A stretch of 64,000 nucleotides of DNA from Dehalococcoidia bacterium (GTDB taxonomy: Bacteria > Chloroflexota > Dehalococcoidia > UBA2979). Position numbers and translations under genes: made by a program. Each line of letters begins with the position of its first letter. The first letter of the stretch is position 1. The stretch lies in contig OZ253555.1 in NCBI GenBank assembly GCA_965262725.1, positions 864,001 through 928,000 of the forward strand, in the 5' to 3' direction. The notes under the pieces are model-generated. The model searched no databases, had not been told where the DNA came from, and saw only the letters and a program-made list of their open reading frames with translations. Positions 8,629-17,459 of the stretch are shown piece after piece.

Positions 8629-9456
8629 CTAGAGCGCCCGGTAGGCGTCGGAGAGCGTGCCGGAATCGAAGCCCAGGGGCGCCTCGCCGTTCGCGAACTC
8701 GTAGAGGGCCGCCTTGAAGATGCCCTCGAGCGCCTGAACGGTGGCGACCGTCAGCCCCACGATCACGGCCCCGGCGGCGAGCCCCGCTATCGGGCTCACG
8801 GCGAAGATCGCGGCGGCGGGGAGAAAGGCCACGAGAACGACGAGGATGTAGACGAGCCCGAAGCCGAAGGAGGCCGCGACCTGCTGGCCCCACGTGCGAC
8901 GGAAGAGGCTGCCCGATCGGCGGATCGCCGCGATCGGCCCGAGACCCTCGGCGACCAGGACCGGCACCACGAAGAAGGTCAGGTACGCCCACACGCCGCC
9001 CACGATCGCGAGCGCCACGCGCCCGAGGAAATTGTCGGTGCGTCCCCGGGCGAGCTGGAGAATGAGTCCCACGGTCGCGGCGATGATCGCCCATCCCAGA
9101 ATCTGCGGGAGATGCGTCGCGGCGGCACGCAGCCCCGAGCCGACGTTGGGATCGCCACCCCGCAGACGCTCGAGCGCGGCGGCGACCAGCGCGGCGTTGA
9201 AGAAGATGACGATGAAGTAGCCCGCGACGTAGAGGGCAAGCGAGAGCGCGATGTCGAGGGCTCCCGGGCTCGTGTCCGCTCCCTCCGCGGCGATCCTGTC
9301 GAGCGTTCCGGTCACGCTCGCGATGAGGAAAAAGGCGCCGGCGGCGATAAGCACGCCGATCCCGGAGAGGATCGGGAATACGATCAGCTCGCGGTCCTTC
9401 ATCAGGACGCGCCAGCTCATCCTCATCAGCTCGATGGTGTGCCCGATGGTGCGCAT
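8629..9456 (-). CDS. Integral membrane protein (DUF6159-like)
   Basis: SWRVLMKDRELIVFPILS, FFNAALV, TFFVVPVLVAEGLGP..AIRRS..LFRRTWG, IFKAALY; family call from memory of the motif pattern. Confidence 0.7.
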   Translation of the reverse strand: MRTIGHTIELMRMSWRVLMKDRELIVFPILSGIGVLIAAGAFFLIASVTGTLDRIAAEGADTSPGALDIALSLALYVAGYFIVIFFNAALVAAALERLRGGDPNVGSGLRAAATHLPQILGWAIIAATVGLILQLARGRTDNFLGRVALAIVGGVWAYLTFFVVPVLVAEGLGPIAAIRRSGSLFRRTWGQQVAASFGFGLVYILVVLVAFLPAAAIFAVSPIAGLAAGAVIVGLTVATVQALEGIFKAALYEFANGEAPLGFDSGTLSDAYRAL

Positions 9457-9564
9457 GCCGGATGGAGTATAGGAGCTCGCGACGGGGGGCGCCGGAGGTC
9501 CGGCGGCGCGCCGGCATCGGGGGTGGGAGGAACGTGGCCGGCGCATGCGGCTACGATCGCGCCG

Positions 9565-11028
9565 ATGACGCTCCCTCCCGAATTCGACGAACCGGCCGGC
9601 CGCACGATACGGCGTGAGATCGCGCGCACCGCCGCCGGCCTCGACGCGGGGCAGCGCCGCGTCTTCCGCGTGCTCTGGTTCATGGTTCCGCCGGGCTCGG
9701 TGGTCTGGAACGTGCAGTTCCAGGCGTTGCTCGCCTCGCGCTTCCTGAGCGACGTGGCCCTGCAGGCGCTGCTCTACAGCGTCCTGATAGACCGCGCCCG
9801 ATCCGGCGGCGGCGCCGTCGACGCCGCGCTGGTGGGCGTGGCCTTCCTGCTCCCGGGCGTCGTGCTGGGCATGTACGGGGGTGCGGTCGCGGATGCGCTG
9901 CCGAAGCGGGCCGCTCTCGCCGGCGCCTACGTGGCCATGGGCGTGCTCGCCTTCCTCATCCCGGGCCTCTTCGGCACTGACCTGCTGCCGCTTCTCGTCG
10001 TGCTGTTCGCGGTGCGCGTCGCCTATCAGGTCTCGCAGCCCTCGGAGGCGTCCACGCTGCCCCTGGTCGCGACCGAGGCGGAGCTGGCGTCGGCGACCTC
10101 GTTCCTCTCTTTCGTCTCGTCCGTCGGGGAGGTCGTGGGGAAGGCGCTGCTCGCGCCGGTGGTCGTCGTGCTGTGGGGCGTGCGCGTCGTCACGGTGATA
10201 GCGAGCCTGCTCTTCCTGCTCTCGGCGACGCGCGTTCTCGATCTGCGCCTCGGCTCCGAGCCGCCTCGGGCGGTGTCCGGCGGCGGGGAGGCCCGCCGGG
10301 TTCGTGCCTCCGCGCGCTCAGAGGTCGGTCGCTACGCCCGCGCCGGCCAGTCGCTCCTGCTGACGATGCACAGCGCCACCCGGGAGATGCTCCCGTGGCT
10401 CTCGGGGCAGCCCGCGGTGCTCTGGACGCTGCTGCTCGCGGCGATGGCGAGCACCGTCTCCGTCTGCGTCGGCATCCTCGGGCCGCAGTACACCAGCGAG
10501 GTGCTGGGGGTCGACCCGGAGAACGCTCTCTACGTCTTCGCGCCCGCCGCGCTCGGCCTCGTCGTCGCGCTCCTCATCACGCCGCTCTCGATCCGGCTCG
10601 TGGGTGAGCGCGTATCGGCGGCGGCCGGCTTCGCCTCGGCGGCCGCCGGCATGACCGCGCTCGGTGCCGTCGGTGCCGTGACGGAGAGGGTGGGCTGGCT
10701 CGTGGTCATCGACCTTCCCGGCGTGCCCGAGGAGGTCGAGGTGGCGGCTCTGCTCTCGATCTCGCTCGGCTTCGGCCTCACGCTCGCCGCCGCCTCGACG
10801 CAGACCTACGTGAGCAAGTACGTGCCGCCGGCGATCCAGGGCCGCACCTTCGCGCTGCTCGGGGTGCTTCGAGACGGACTCGCGGGCGTGTCGCTGCTCC
10901 TTCTCGGCGTGGTCGCCGACGCCGTGGGAACGGCGACCGTACTCACGGTCGCGCCCGCCGTGCTGGTGGCTCTCGCCTGGGCCGTGGCGTGGCTCGCCGG
11001 CCGCGTCCGCGAGCCCGCCCGCGCCTAG
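9565..11028 (+). CDS. MFS transporter (true start is about 373 codons into track ORF 8446..11028)
   Basis: GGAVADALPKR motif A, PPAIQGRTFA, many TM segments; TACGAT 7 nt before the ATG. Confidence 0.85.
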   Translation: MTLPPEFDEPAGRTIRREIARTAAGLDAGQRRVFRVLWFMVPPGSVVWNVQFQALLASRFLSDVALQALLYSVLIDRARSGGGAVDAALVGVAFLLPGVVLGMYGGAVADALPKRAALAGAYVAMGVLAFLIPGLFGTDLLPLLVVLFAVRVAYQVSQPSEASTLPLVATEAELASATSFLSFVSSVGEVVGKALLAPVVVVLWGVRVVTVIASLLFLLSATRVLDLRLGSEPPRAVSGGGEARRVRASARSEVGRYARAGQSLLLTMHSATREMLPWLSGQPAVLWTLLLAAMASTVSVCVGILGPQYTSEVLGVDPENALYVFAPAALGLVVALLITPLSIRLVGERVSAAAGFASAAAGMTALGAVGAVTERVGWLVVIDLPGVPEEVEVAALLSISLGFGLTLAAASTQTYVSKYVPPAIQGRTFALLGVLRDGLAGVSLLLLGVVADAVGTATVLTVAPAVLVALAWAVAWLAGRVREPARA

Positions 11029-12095
11029 GGATACAGGGGGAGGCGCGAGAGCCCGTCGGCGGTATCGCGGCCGAACATCAGGTTGAGGTTCTGGAGCGCG
11101 TTCCCGCTCTGCCCCTTCATCAGGTTGTCGATCGAGGCGATCACGACGACCCGCCGCCCATCCGCGGAGGTCACCAGCGAGATGTCGCAGTAGTTCGAGC
11201 CGGCCGTCCCCTTGAGGGTTGGCGGGGTCTCAAGCACCCGCACGAAGGGCTGCTCGGCGTAGCGCTCGCGGTAGAGGGCGAGCAGCGCGTCCCGCGACGT
11301 CGGGCGTGCCAGGCGCGCGTGCATGGTGGAGAGGATGCCGCGCGTGGTACCGAGCAGGTGGGGGACGAAGTGGAGCGAGGCCCCGCCACCAGAGCCGAGT
11401 CGGCCCAGCGTCAGCTCCGCCTCCACCACGTGCTGGTGCGCGAAGACGCGGTACGGGACGACGTTGTCCGAGAGGTGCGAGAAGTGCTGAGCTGCCGACG
11501 GCTTCTTGCCGGCGCCCGAGGAGCCGGTCAGGCCGTCGATGGTGACCTCCCGGTCCGCCAGGAGATCGCGCTCGAAGAGCGGCGCGAGGCCGAGGATGAT
11601 CCCGATGGCGAAGCAGCCCGGGTTGCCGACGATCGGGGCCTCGCGTATCTCGTCGGCGCGTAGCTCGGGGACGCCGTAGACCGCGCGCCCAAGCAGCGCC
11701 TCCGCCGCGTGCGCTTCCTCGGCGATGCCGGGATGGGCGCGCGCGTAAAGCGCGTAGTCCTGACTCGAACCGAAGCGGAAGTCCCCGGAGTAGTCGAGGA
11801 AGCGAATTCCCGCGTCTGCGAGCGCGGGCGCATAGCTCTGGGAGACGCGGTCGGGCGTCGCGAAGACGACGACGTCGCAGCTCGAGCCGATCGCCGCCGG
11901 CTCGGGACGCTGGACGACGAGGTCGCATCGCCCCGCCAGGTGCGGGTAGACTTCATCGATGCGGCGCCCGGCGTCGTCGCGTGCGAGCAGAGCGGTGACG
12001 TCGAAGCCGGGGTGTCCCAGGAAGAGCTCGAGAATGCCGAGTCCACCGTAGCCGGTGGCCCCGACGATCTGAGCCCTCAGCGGCCCCTCGGTCAT
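11025..12095 (-). CDS. argC: N-acetyl-gamma-glutamyl-phosphate reductase
   Basis: IVGATGYGG, DYSGDFR, VYGVPE, GNPGCF (catalytic Cys), GSSGAG, HQHVVE, RGILST, IDNLMKGQSGNALQNLN. Confidence 0.96.
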   Translation of the reverse strand: MTEGPLRAQIVGATGYGGLGILELFLGHPGFDVTALLARDDAGRRIDEVYPHLAGRCDLVVQRPEPAAIGSSCDVVVFATPDRVSQSYAPALADAGIRFLDYSGDFRFGSSQDYALYARAHPGIAEEAHAAEALLGRAVYGVPELRADEIREAPIVGNPGCFAIGIILGLAPLFERDLLADREVTIDGLTGSSGAGKKPSAAQHFSHLSDNVVPYRVFAHQHVVEAELTLGRLGSGGGASLHFVPHLLGTTRGILSTMHARLARPTSRDALLALYRERYAEQPFVRVLETPPTLKGTAGSNYCDISLVTSADGRRVVVIASIDNLMKGQSGNALQNLNLMFGRDTADGLSRLPLYP

Positions 12096-12237
12096 TCCCG
12101 CTGCCTCTCCCGCCAGGCGCCCGGCCCATCCCGGGCCGCCCGTGAGGCTACCGCCTGTTCGCCCGGGCGTCCGCCCATGGCGCGGACCCTCCGCCGGGTG
12201 CGCCCGCCCGCGCGCGTCGGCTGCTAGCGTACGGGAG

Positions 12238-12780
12238 ATGAGCGCCCCGGGCATGAGTCCGACGTGGCGGGAGCTGTTGCCGCTCTCGGATGAGGCGTTG
12301 CTCGCGCAGTGCGATGTCGATCGCTACCGGGCGAGCGGGCCCGGCGGGCAGAAGCGCAACGTCACGGACTCGGCGGTGAGGCTCAGACACCGCCCGAGCG
12401 GCCTCGTGGCGCAGGCGCACGAGTCGCGCTCGCAGCACGAGAACAGGGCTCGCGCCCTCAGGCGGTTGCGCCGCGCGATCGCGCTCGGGGCGCGCGCGCC
12501 CGTCGCCGCTCCCGGAGAGGCTCCGCCGCCCGAGCTCCGCCCGCTCGCGGCCGGCGGGCGGGCGGGGACGCTCCACCGTCGCGATGCCCGCTACCTGCCG
12601 GCCGTCGCGGCGCTTCTCGACCTGCTGGTGGCACACGACGGAGAGCTGGCGACGGCGGCGGCGGCCGGGGGGATCGGGAGCGCGCGCGCCGCGCGACTGC
12701 TCGCCCGCGAACCGGCCGCGCTCGCCGCGGCGAACGCCGTGCGCACACGCCGCGGCCTGCGCCCGCTGCGCGAGCGCTAG
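12238..12780 (+). CDS. GGQ-motif peptide chain release factor-like protein (ArfB-like peptidyl-tRNA hydrolase domain)
   Basis: RASGPGGQKRNVTDSAVRLRHRPSG...ESRSQHENRARA; lacks the stop-recognition domain; basic C-terminal tail. Confidence 0.85.
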   Translation: MSAPGMSPTWRELLPLSDEALLAQCDVDRYRASGPGGQKRNVTDSAVRLRHRPSGLVAQAHESRSQHENRARALRRLRRAIALGARAPVAAPGEAPPPELRPLAAGGRAGTLHRRDARYLPAVAALLDLLVAHDGELATAAAAGGIGSARAARLLAREPAALAAANAVRTRRGLRPLRER

Positions 12781-12927
12781 CAGGGTCGGGAAAAAGGCCC
12801 CCTTTGGCGCGGCCACGGAGCGAATCACCGCCAAGAGGGCGTATGCGGCGTCATTTCGGGGCCGATTCTGGCCCCCTCCGGGGCTCTCTCAGCCCGTCCG
12901 GGCGCCCCGGGACCTACTCCGGGCGCA

Positions 12928-14004
12928 CTACGCCCGTGACAGCGCGGCGTCGATATTGGCCACGCGCACCAGGTTGTACGCGGCAGCGCCCATCTCCATC
13001 CAGAAACCGTTGACCTGTTCGCCGATGTAGCGGAGCTTGCGCCCGCCCCCCACGGTCTTCAGCCACCCGAAGCTCTCCTCCACCATCTTGCGCCGGCGCT
13101 GACTCACCTCGTAGCCGGGCGTCTGCGCCACCTCCTCGGGGATGGCGCTGTGCTTCGCTCGCCGTGCCACGTGCGGCACGACCCCGAGTTCGCACAGCCC
13201 CTCCACGAAGTGCTTCGCGTCGTATCCCTTGTCGGCGCCCAGCGTCGCCCCCGGTGTCAGGCTGCGCTCGGCCATGGCCAGCGCCGCATCCCGCTCCGCC
13301 CGCCCGTGCGCCGTCGTGAGCTCGACATCGACGATGAGCCCGTTGCGGTTCTCCGTCATCACATGCCCGATGTAGCTCGGGCGCGCCGCCTGCCCGTTCC
13401 CCTTCCGGTACAGGTGCGCGCCGGGATCGGTCGTGCTGACGTGGGTGTCCCGGTGCCGGCGCTCGCCGCGGAAGTCGACGTCCGGATTGCGGCCCGCAGG
13501 CTTGTCCCCGTCCTGCTCGTCGCGTGACCGGTAGCTCTTGTGCGACGCCCACGCCTCGAGCTGCGACCCGTCGACCGTGAAGTGCTCCTCGGACAGCAGG
13601 TTCCGCTCCCTCGCCTCCCTCACGACTTCCTCGAAGAACCCCCGGGCGATGTCGCCGTCAAGGAGCCGGGAGCGGTTCTTCGAGAACGTGGAGCGGTCGA
13701 AGGAACCGGGGTCTCCCGGGAGGTCGAGGAACCACTTGAACGCCATGTCGGACCGCAGCCGCTCGCAGAACTGGCTCTCGCTACGAATCGAGAAGAAGGC
13801 GATGAGGAGTGTCGACTTGAGCAGCGTCTCGGGCGGAATCGACGGTCGCCCGGACTCGCTGTAGAGACCGTCGAAGCGCGGGGAGAGATTGGCGAGCGCC
13901 CGGTCGACGATGGGCTTGATGCGTCGGAGCGGGTGGTCGCTGGGGACGAACATCTCCGGGCAGGTGAGAGTGGCGCGGCCCTGGTCCTCGCTCTGTCCTC
14001 GCAT
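12928..14004 (-). CDS. IS5-family DDE transposase, apparently intact
   Basis: VPSDHPLR, GRPSIPPE, IRSE, FKWFL, HFTVDGS (D), LGADKGYD (D), RRKMVEESFGWLK (E); GGAGG SD. Confidence 0.93.
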   Translation of the reverse strand: MRGQSEDQGRATLTCPEMFVPSDHPLRRIKPIVDRALANLSPRFDGLYSESGRPSIPPETLLKSTLLIAFFSIRSESQFCERLRSDMAFKWFLDLPGDPGSFDRSTFSKNRSRLLDGDIARGFFEEVVREARERNLLSEEHFTVDGSQLEAWASHKSYRSRDEQDGDKPAGRNPDVDFRGERRHRDTHVSTTDPGAHLYRKGNGQAARPSYIGHVMTENRNGLIVDVELTTAHGRAERDAALAMAERSLTPGATLGADKGYDAKHFVEGLCELGVVPHVARRAKHSAIPEEVAQTPGYEVSQRRRKMVEESFGWLKTVGGGRKLRYIGEQVNGFWMEMGAAAYNLVRVANIDAALSRA

Positions 14005-14044
14005 CGATATCCTCCCTCGTGGGGGTCCCTCTTGTATGATCGTT

Positions 14045-14073
14045 AGTATACTCGTCTTATCAGTTACAGTCGA
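14045..14073 (-). promoter_or_regulatory. Transposase promoter
   Basis: TCGACT (14068-14073), 17 nt, TATACT (14045-14050) in an AT-rich patch about 40 nt above the ATG. Confidence 0.6.
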
Positions 14074-14203
14074 CCACTACCTGGGGCTTCTGACAGCTAC
14101 CGGGGGCGTTTGTTGCACCCGCGGGGCACCGCCGGCCATGCTCCGGGCACCCAGGGAGAAAATCACAACCCTGCTAGGGGGCCTCGGCCGTCCCGTCCGG
14201 CCC

Positions 14204-14665
14204 TCAGCGGGTGCCGGTGAGTCGGTGGTCCCAGCTGCGATAGCGCTCCGCGTGGATGCGCAGCACGATGCGCTTCGGCGCCTGGCGTGCGGGCCGGGCC
14301 GCCTCCGGCGAGGCGTCGGCGCCGTAGCGGCGCCCGATCGCCTCCATCACGGCGCGCGTGCGCTCCGGGTCGCCCTCGATCAGCTCGCAGCGGCCGTCGA
14401 TCACGACGCCGCGCAGCTCCCCGTAGCCCGTCCCCGCCTCGACGAGCGCGGTGACGCGGGGATCGCGCCTGATGTTCTGCACCTTCTGCGAGCGGGCGTA
14501 GCTCGTGATCAGCGGCAGGCCCTCGGCGTCGAGGACGAACCACATCGGGACGACGTGCGGCCGCCCGTCCCGCCCGATCGTCCCGAGTACGAGGGTGCGC
14601 GCCTCCTCGAGCAGCGCGCGCCGCCCGCTCTCGTCCAGCGCGATGTCAGACCGCCGGCTCGCCAT
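14204..14665 (-). CDS. Pyridoxamine 5'-phosphate oxidase-like split-barrel flavin/F420-binding protein
   Basis: LGTIGRDGRPHVVPMWF, SQKVQNIRRDPRVTALVE, SWDHR. Confidence 0.88.
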   Translation of the reverse strand: MASRRSDIALDESGRRALLEEARTLVLGTIGRDGRPHVVPMWFVLDAEGLPLITSYARSQKVQNIRRDPRVTALVEAGTGYGELRGVVIDGRCELIEGDPERTRAVMEAIGRRYGADASPEAARPARQAPKRIVLRIHAERYRSWDHRLTGTR

Positions 14666-14777
14666 GCCCTCTCCGCTCCGTCCCGAGCCTACCAGTTCGT
14701 CCCCGTCCGCCGGCGGGGTGCGGGTGCGCGAGCTCTCCACGGGCGACTCCCGCTCTGTTACATAAGGGGCCGCTACG

Positions 14778-14806
14778 TTGACGCGCCCACAGGGGCGTGG
14801 TAGCAG
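14778..14806 (+). promoter_or_regulatory. Candidate promoter of the first CoA-transferase operon
   Basis: TTGACG, 17 nt, TGgTAGCAG; the -10 is weak; CGTTGACGCGC also precedes the paralog at 63490. Confidence 0.4.
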
Positions 14807-14833
14807 GGGCGCACCGTCGGCGGAGGGAGAGTC

Positions 14834-16021
14834 ATGCAGCCGCTTCACGGGATTCGCGTGATCGAAGTGGGTGCCAGCGTTGCGTCGGCCGCCGCGACGA
14901 AGACGTTCTCCGACTACGGTGCCGATGTCGTGACGGTGGAGCCCCCGACGGTCGGCTCACTCAGGCGCCTTCCGCCATTTCCGGAGGACCGACCACACGT
15001 CGACCACGGCGCTTACCACCTCGCGTTCAACACCGGTAAGCGGTCTCTCGCGCTCGATCTCGCCACGGCCTCGGGCCGCGAGGTGTTGACGCGGCTGCTC
15101 CACACCGCGCAGCTCGCCATCTTCGACGGGGCACCGCCCGAGATCCGGCGCCTGCGCGCGCTCGTCGATGCCGAGGAGGGGCCGAGCACGGTTGCGATCA
15201 CACCGCACGGACTCGACGGTCCCTACGCCGAGCGTCGCGAGAACGACCTCTCCGTGCTGTCGTGGACGACACGCGTCCACCGCAACGCCATCGAGGGCCG
15301 CGAGCCGCTCCGCTACGCGCCCGAGGCGGGGCACGTGCAGGCCGCCCACACCGCCGCCGCCGCCGGATTCGCGGTGTGCTGGGGGCTGCGCCACGGCGGC
15401 GTGAGGCGCGACGTCGACGTCTCCCAGGTCGAGGCGATCCTCGGCAACGTCGACACCTCGTTTGTCCCCTGGGCCTTCAGTGGCGCCGAGTGGGCGCGCA
15501 CCGGGGGGCAGTCCCACGTGGTCTACCCGACGGGCAACTACCGCTGCCGCGACGGCTATCTCACCATCTCGGCGCACATGGAGCCGTGGTTCAGCCGGCT
15601 ATGCTCAGCCATCGGCCACCCGGAGATGCGGGACGATCCGAGGTTCCGCCCCGAACAGCGCGGCGGCCACTGGGACGACTTCATGGAGTACTTCGGCCCC
15701 TACCTCGCCTCGCGCACGAGGCAGGAGGCGTTCGAGGAACTGCAGGACGCGGGCGTGATGGTCGCCCCGCTGCTCGACGTGTCGGAGGCTCTGACCGAGC
15801 CGCAGGCGGTCGCGCGCGGCTCGTTCGTTGAGGTGGAGCAACCCGGCGTCGGCACCCTCACGCTCGCGGGCGCGCCGTATCGCACGGGAGGGCTCGACTC
15901 CGCCGCGTGGAGTGCCCGCCCCTCCCCGCGCTTCGGGGAGCACACGGCCGAGCTGCTGGGTGAGCTCGGCTACGGAGCCGACGAGCAGATCGCGCTCTTC
16001 CGCGCCGGCGTGACGCGATGA
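14834..16021 (+). CDS. Family III (CaiB/BaiF) CoA-transferase, Asp-less alpha-type subunit A1
   Basis: PLHGIRVIE, DYGADVVTVEPP, NTGKRSLALDL, YRCRDG, PRFGEHT; APEAGHVQ at the usual Asp position. Confidence 0.92.
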   Translation: MQPLHGIRVIEVGASVASAAATKTFSDYGADVVTVEPPTVGSLRRLPPFPEDRPHVDHGAYHLAFNTGKRSLALDLATASGREVLTRLLHTAQLAIFDGAPPEIRRLRALVDAEEGPSTVAITPHGLDGPYAERRENDLSVLSWTTRVHRNAIEGREPLRYAPEAGHVQAAHTAAAAGFAVCWGLRHGGVRRDVDVSQVEAILGNVDTSFVPWAFSGAEWARTGGQSHVVYPTGNYRCRDGYLTISAHMEPWFSRLCSAIGHPEMRDDPRFRPEQRGGHWDDFMEYFGPYLASRTRQEAFEELQDAGVMVAPLLDVSEALTEPQAVARGSFVEVEQPGVGTLTLAGAPYRTGGLDSAAWSARPSPRFGEHTAELLGELGYGADEQIALFRAGVTR

Positions 16022-16116
16022 GCGCCGCCGCCGTCCGGCCGCGAGCGCGCCCGCCGCGCGCCGGCCGCCGCGGCCCGGAGTGGGGCCGGGGGCGCCTCAC
16101 GGGGGGGCCACGATGA
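16018..16116 (+). CDS. Putative 32-aa linker mini-ORF coupled to A1 and B1 at both ends
   Basis: ATG 16018 overlaps the A1 TGA; its TGA 16114-16116 overlaps the B1 ATG 16113. Confidence 0.45.
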   Translation: MSAAAVRPRARPPRAGRRGPEWGRGRLTGGPR

Positions 16117-17408
16117 CGACGCAGGCGCTGGCGGGGCTGCGCGTGGTCGAGATGACGGAGGCGTGGGCCGGCCCGGTCGGCGCCTCTCTGCTCGGCGACA
16201 TGGGCGCCGACGTGGTGAAGGTCGAGTCGTACCCCCGAAGCTCGATGACGCGCCCCGTGCGCCGGCGCGAGGGGACCATGCCGGGGGACGGTCCCCCCTA
16301 CGAGCGCGACGCGCTCCACCACCAGGGGAACCGCAACAAGCGCAACGTCTGTCTCGACGTCCGCACCCCGGGTGGCGCCGAGGTCCTGCGCCGACTGATC
16401 GCGGGCGCCGACCTCTTCATCGAGGGCTACTCCTCCGGCACCATCGCGAAGCTCGGCTTCGGATGGGAGGTCGTGCACACCCTGAACCCCCGCACCTGCA
16501 TGATCTCGCTCGCCGGCTGGGGGGTGGCGGGGCTTTACGCCGGGAAGGTGACGCTCGGCGCCGGGCTCGACGCCACCAGTGGGCACATGGCCGTGCGCGG
16601 CTACGCGGACGGGCCGATGGAGGATGTGCGTTCCAATTTCCATTCTGACGCGACCGGCGCCGCCACCACCGTCTGCGCCGCGATCACGGCGCTCGAGGAG
16701 CGCGATCGGACCGGCGAGGGGTGCTTCACCGATCTCTCGCAGTGGGAGGGGCTCGTCTGGCAGTTTCCGGGGCTTCTCGGAGAGTGGACGATGAACGGGC
16801 GCCTGCCGGCCCGCCTCGGCAACCGCGATCCGCATGTGGTGCCGCACGGCGTCTACCGCGCCGCCGGGGACGACGAGTGGGTCGCCGTCGCCGCCGAGGA
16901 CGACGCGCAGTGGGCGGCCATCGCGGGCGCGCTCGGGCGCGGCGAGTGGGCGCAGGAGGGCCACCCCTGGTCGACGCTAACGGGGCGCCTCCGCGAGCGC
17001 GGGGCCGTCGATGAGGCGATCACCGCCTGCACGCGTGAACGCGCCGCCTTCGAGATCGCCGACGCCGTGCAGGCCGCGGGCGCCATCGCCGCACCGGTCA
17101 CCTCCGCCTCGCAGGTGCTGATGTCGCCGCAGCTGCAGGCGCGCGAGTGGAACCACACCATCGAGCACCGCTGGACCGGCCCGGCGATGGTCGGCGGTTT
17201 CCTGTGGCAGGTCGAACCGGACCCGCTGAGCTGGGATCGGCCGACGGCGCTCGTCGGCGAGCACAACGAGGAGATCCTCACGGAGCTGGGCTACAGTGCC
17301 GACGAGATCGCCGACCTACTGTGCCAGGGGGCGATTGCCGATAGCTACCCCGCTCCCGGAGAGACACGGGAGTCTGTCGGGTTGCCGCCGCGGGCCGAGG
17401 CTACGTAG
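16113..17408 (+). CDS. Family III CoA-transferase, Asp-containing beta-type subunit B1
   Basis: WAGP, LGDMGADVVKVES, NRNKR, NFHSDATG (catalytic Asp), PHGVYR, GEHNEEIL. Confidence 0.93.
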   Translation: MTTQALAGLRVVEMTEAWAGPVGASLLGDMGADVVKVESYPRSSMTRPVRRREGTMPGDGPPYERDALHHQGNRNKRNVCLDVRTPGGAEVLRRLIAGADLFIEGYSSGTIAKLGFGWEVVHTLNPRTCMISLAGWGVAGLYAGKVTLGAGLDATSGHMAVRGYADGPMEDVRSNFHSDATGAATTVCAAITALEERDRTGEGCFTDLSQWEGLVWQFPGLLGEWTMNGRLPARLGNRDPHVVPHGVYRAAGDDEWVAVAAEDDAQWAAIAGALGRGEWAQEGHPWSTLTGRLRERGAVDEAITACTRERAAFEIADAVQAAGAIAAPVTSASQVLMSPQLQAREWNHTIEHRWTGPAMVGGFLWQVEPDPLSWDRPTALVGEHNEEILTELGYSADEIADLLCQGAIADSYPAPGETRESVGLPPRAEAT

Positions 17409-17459
17409 GGTGACATACGGTCCGGCGGGAATGCTGGCGGGGCGCGTGCGAGGTCGCCG

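Larger units (their letters stand above)
12781..14173 (-). mobile_element. IS5-family insertion sequence, about 1.39 kb, flanked by CTAG direct repeats
   Basis: CTAG at 12777-12780 and 14174-14177; terminal IRs CAGGGTCGGGA and CAGGGTTGTGA (9/11 match); single transposase inside. Confidence 0.85.

Noticed and set aside
8446-9564. Apparent long N-terminal extension on the MFS protein (similar extensions at 56544, 28682, 40381)
   Set aside because: It is the antisense of the neighbouring gene or intergenic DNA; promoter, SD or family N-terminus signals mark the later starts.
9545-9568. Further one-sided mini-ORFs (MRLRSRR at 9545, VHR at 57295, and ORFs from 17431 and 29827)
   Set aside because: No suitably spaced SD or upstream coupling, overlap with a likely -10 or SD, or inexact overlap; they illustrate the chance background.
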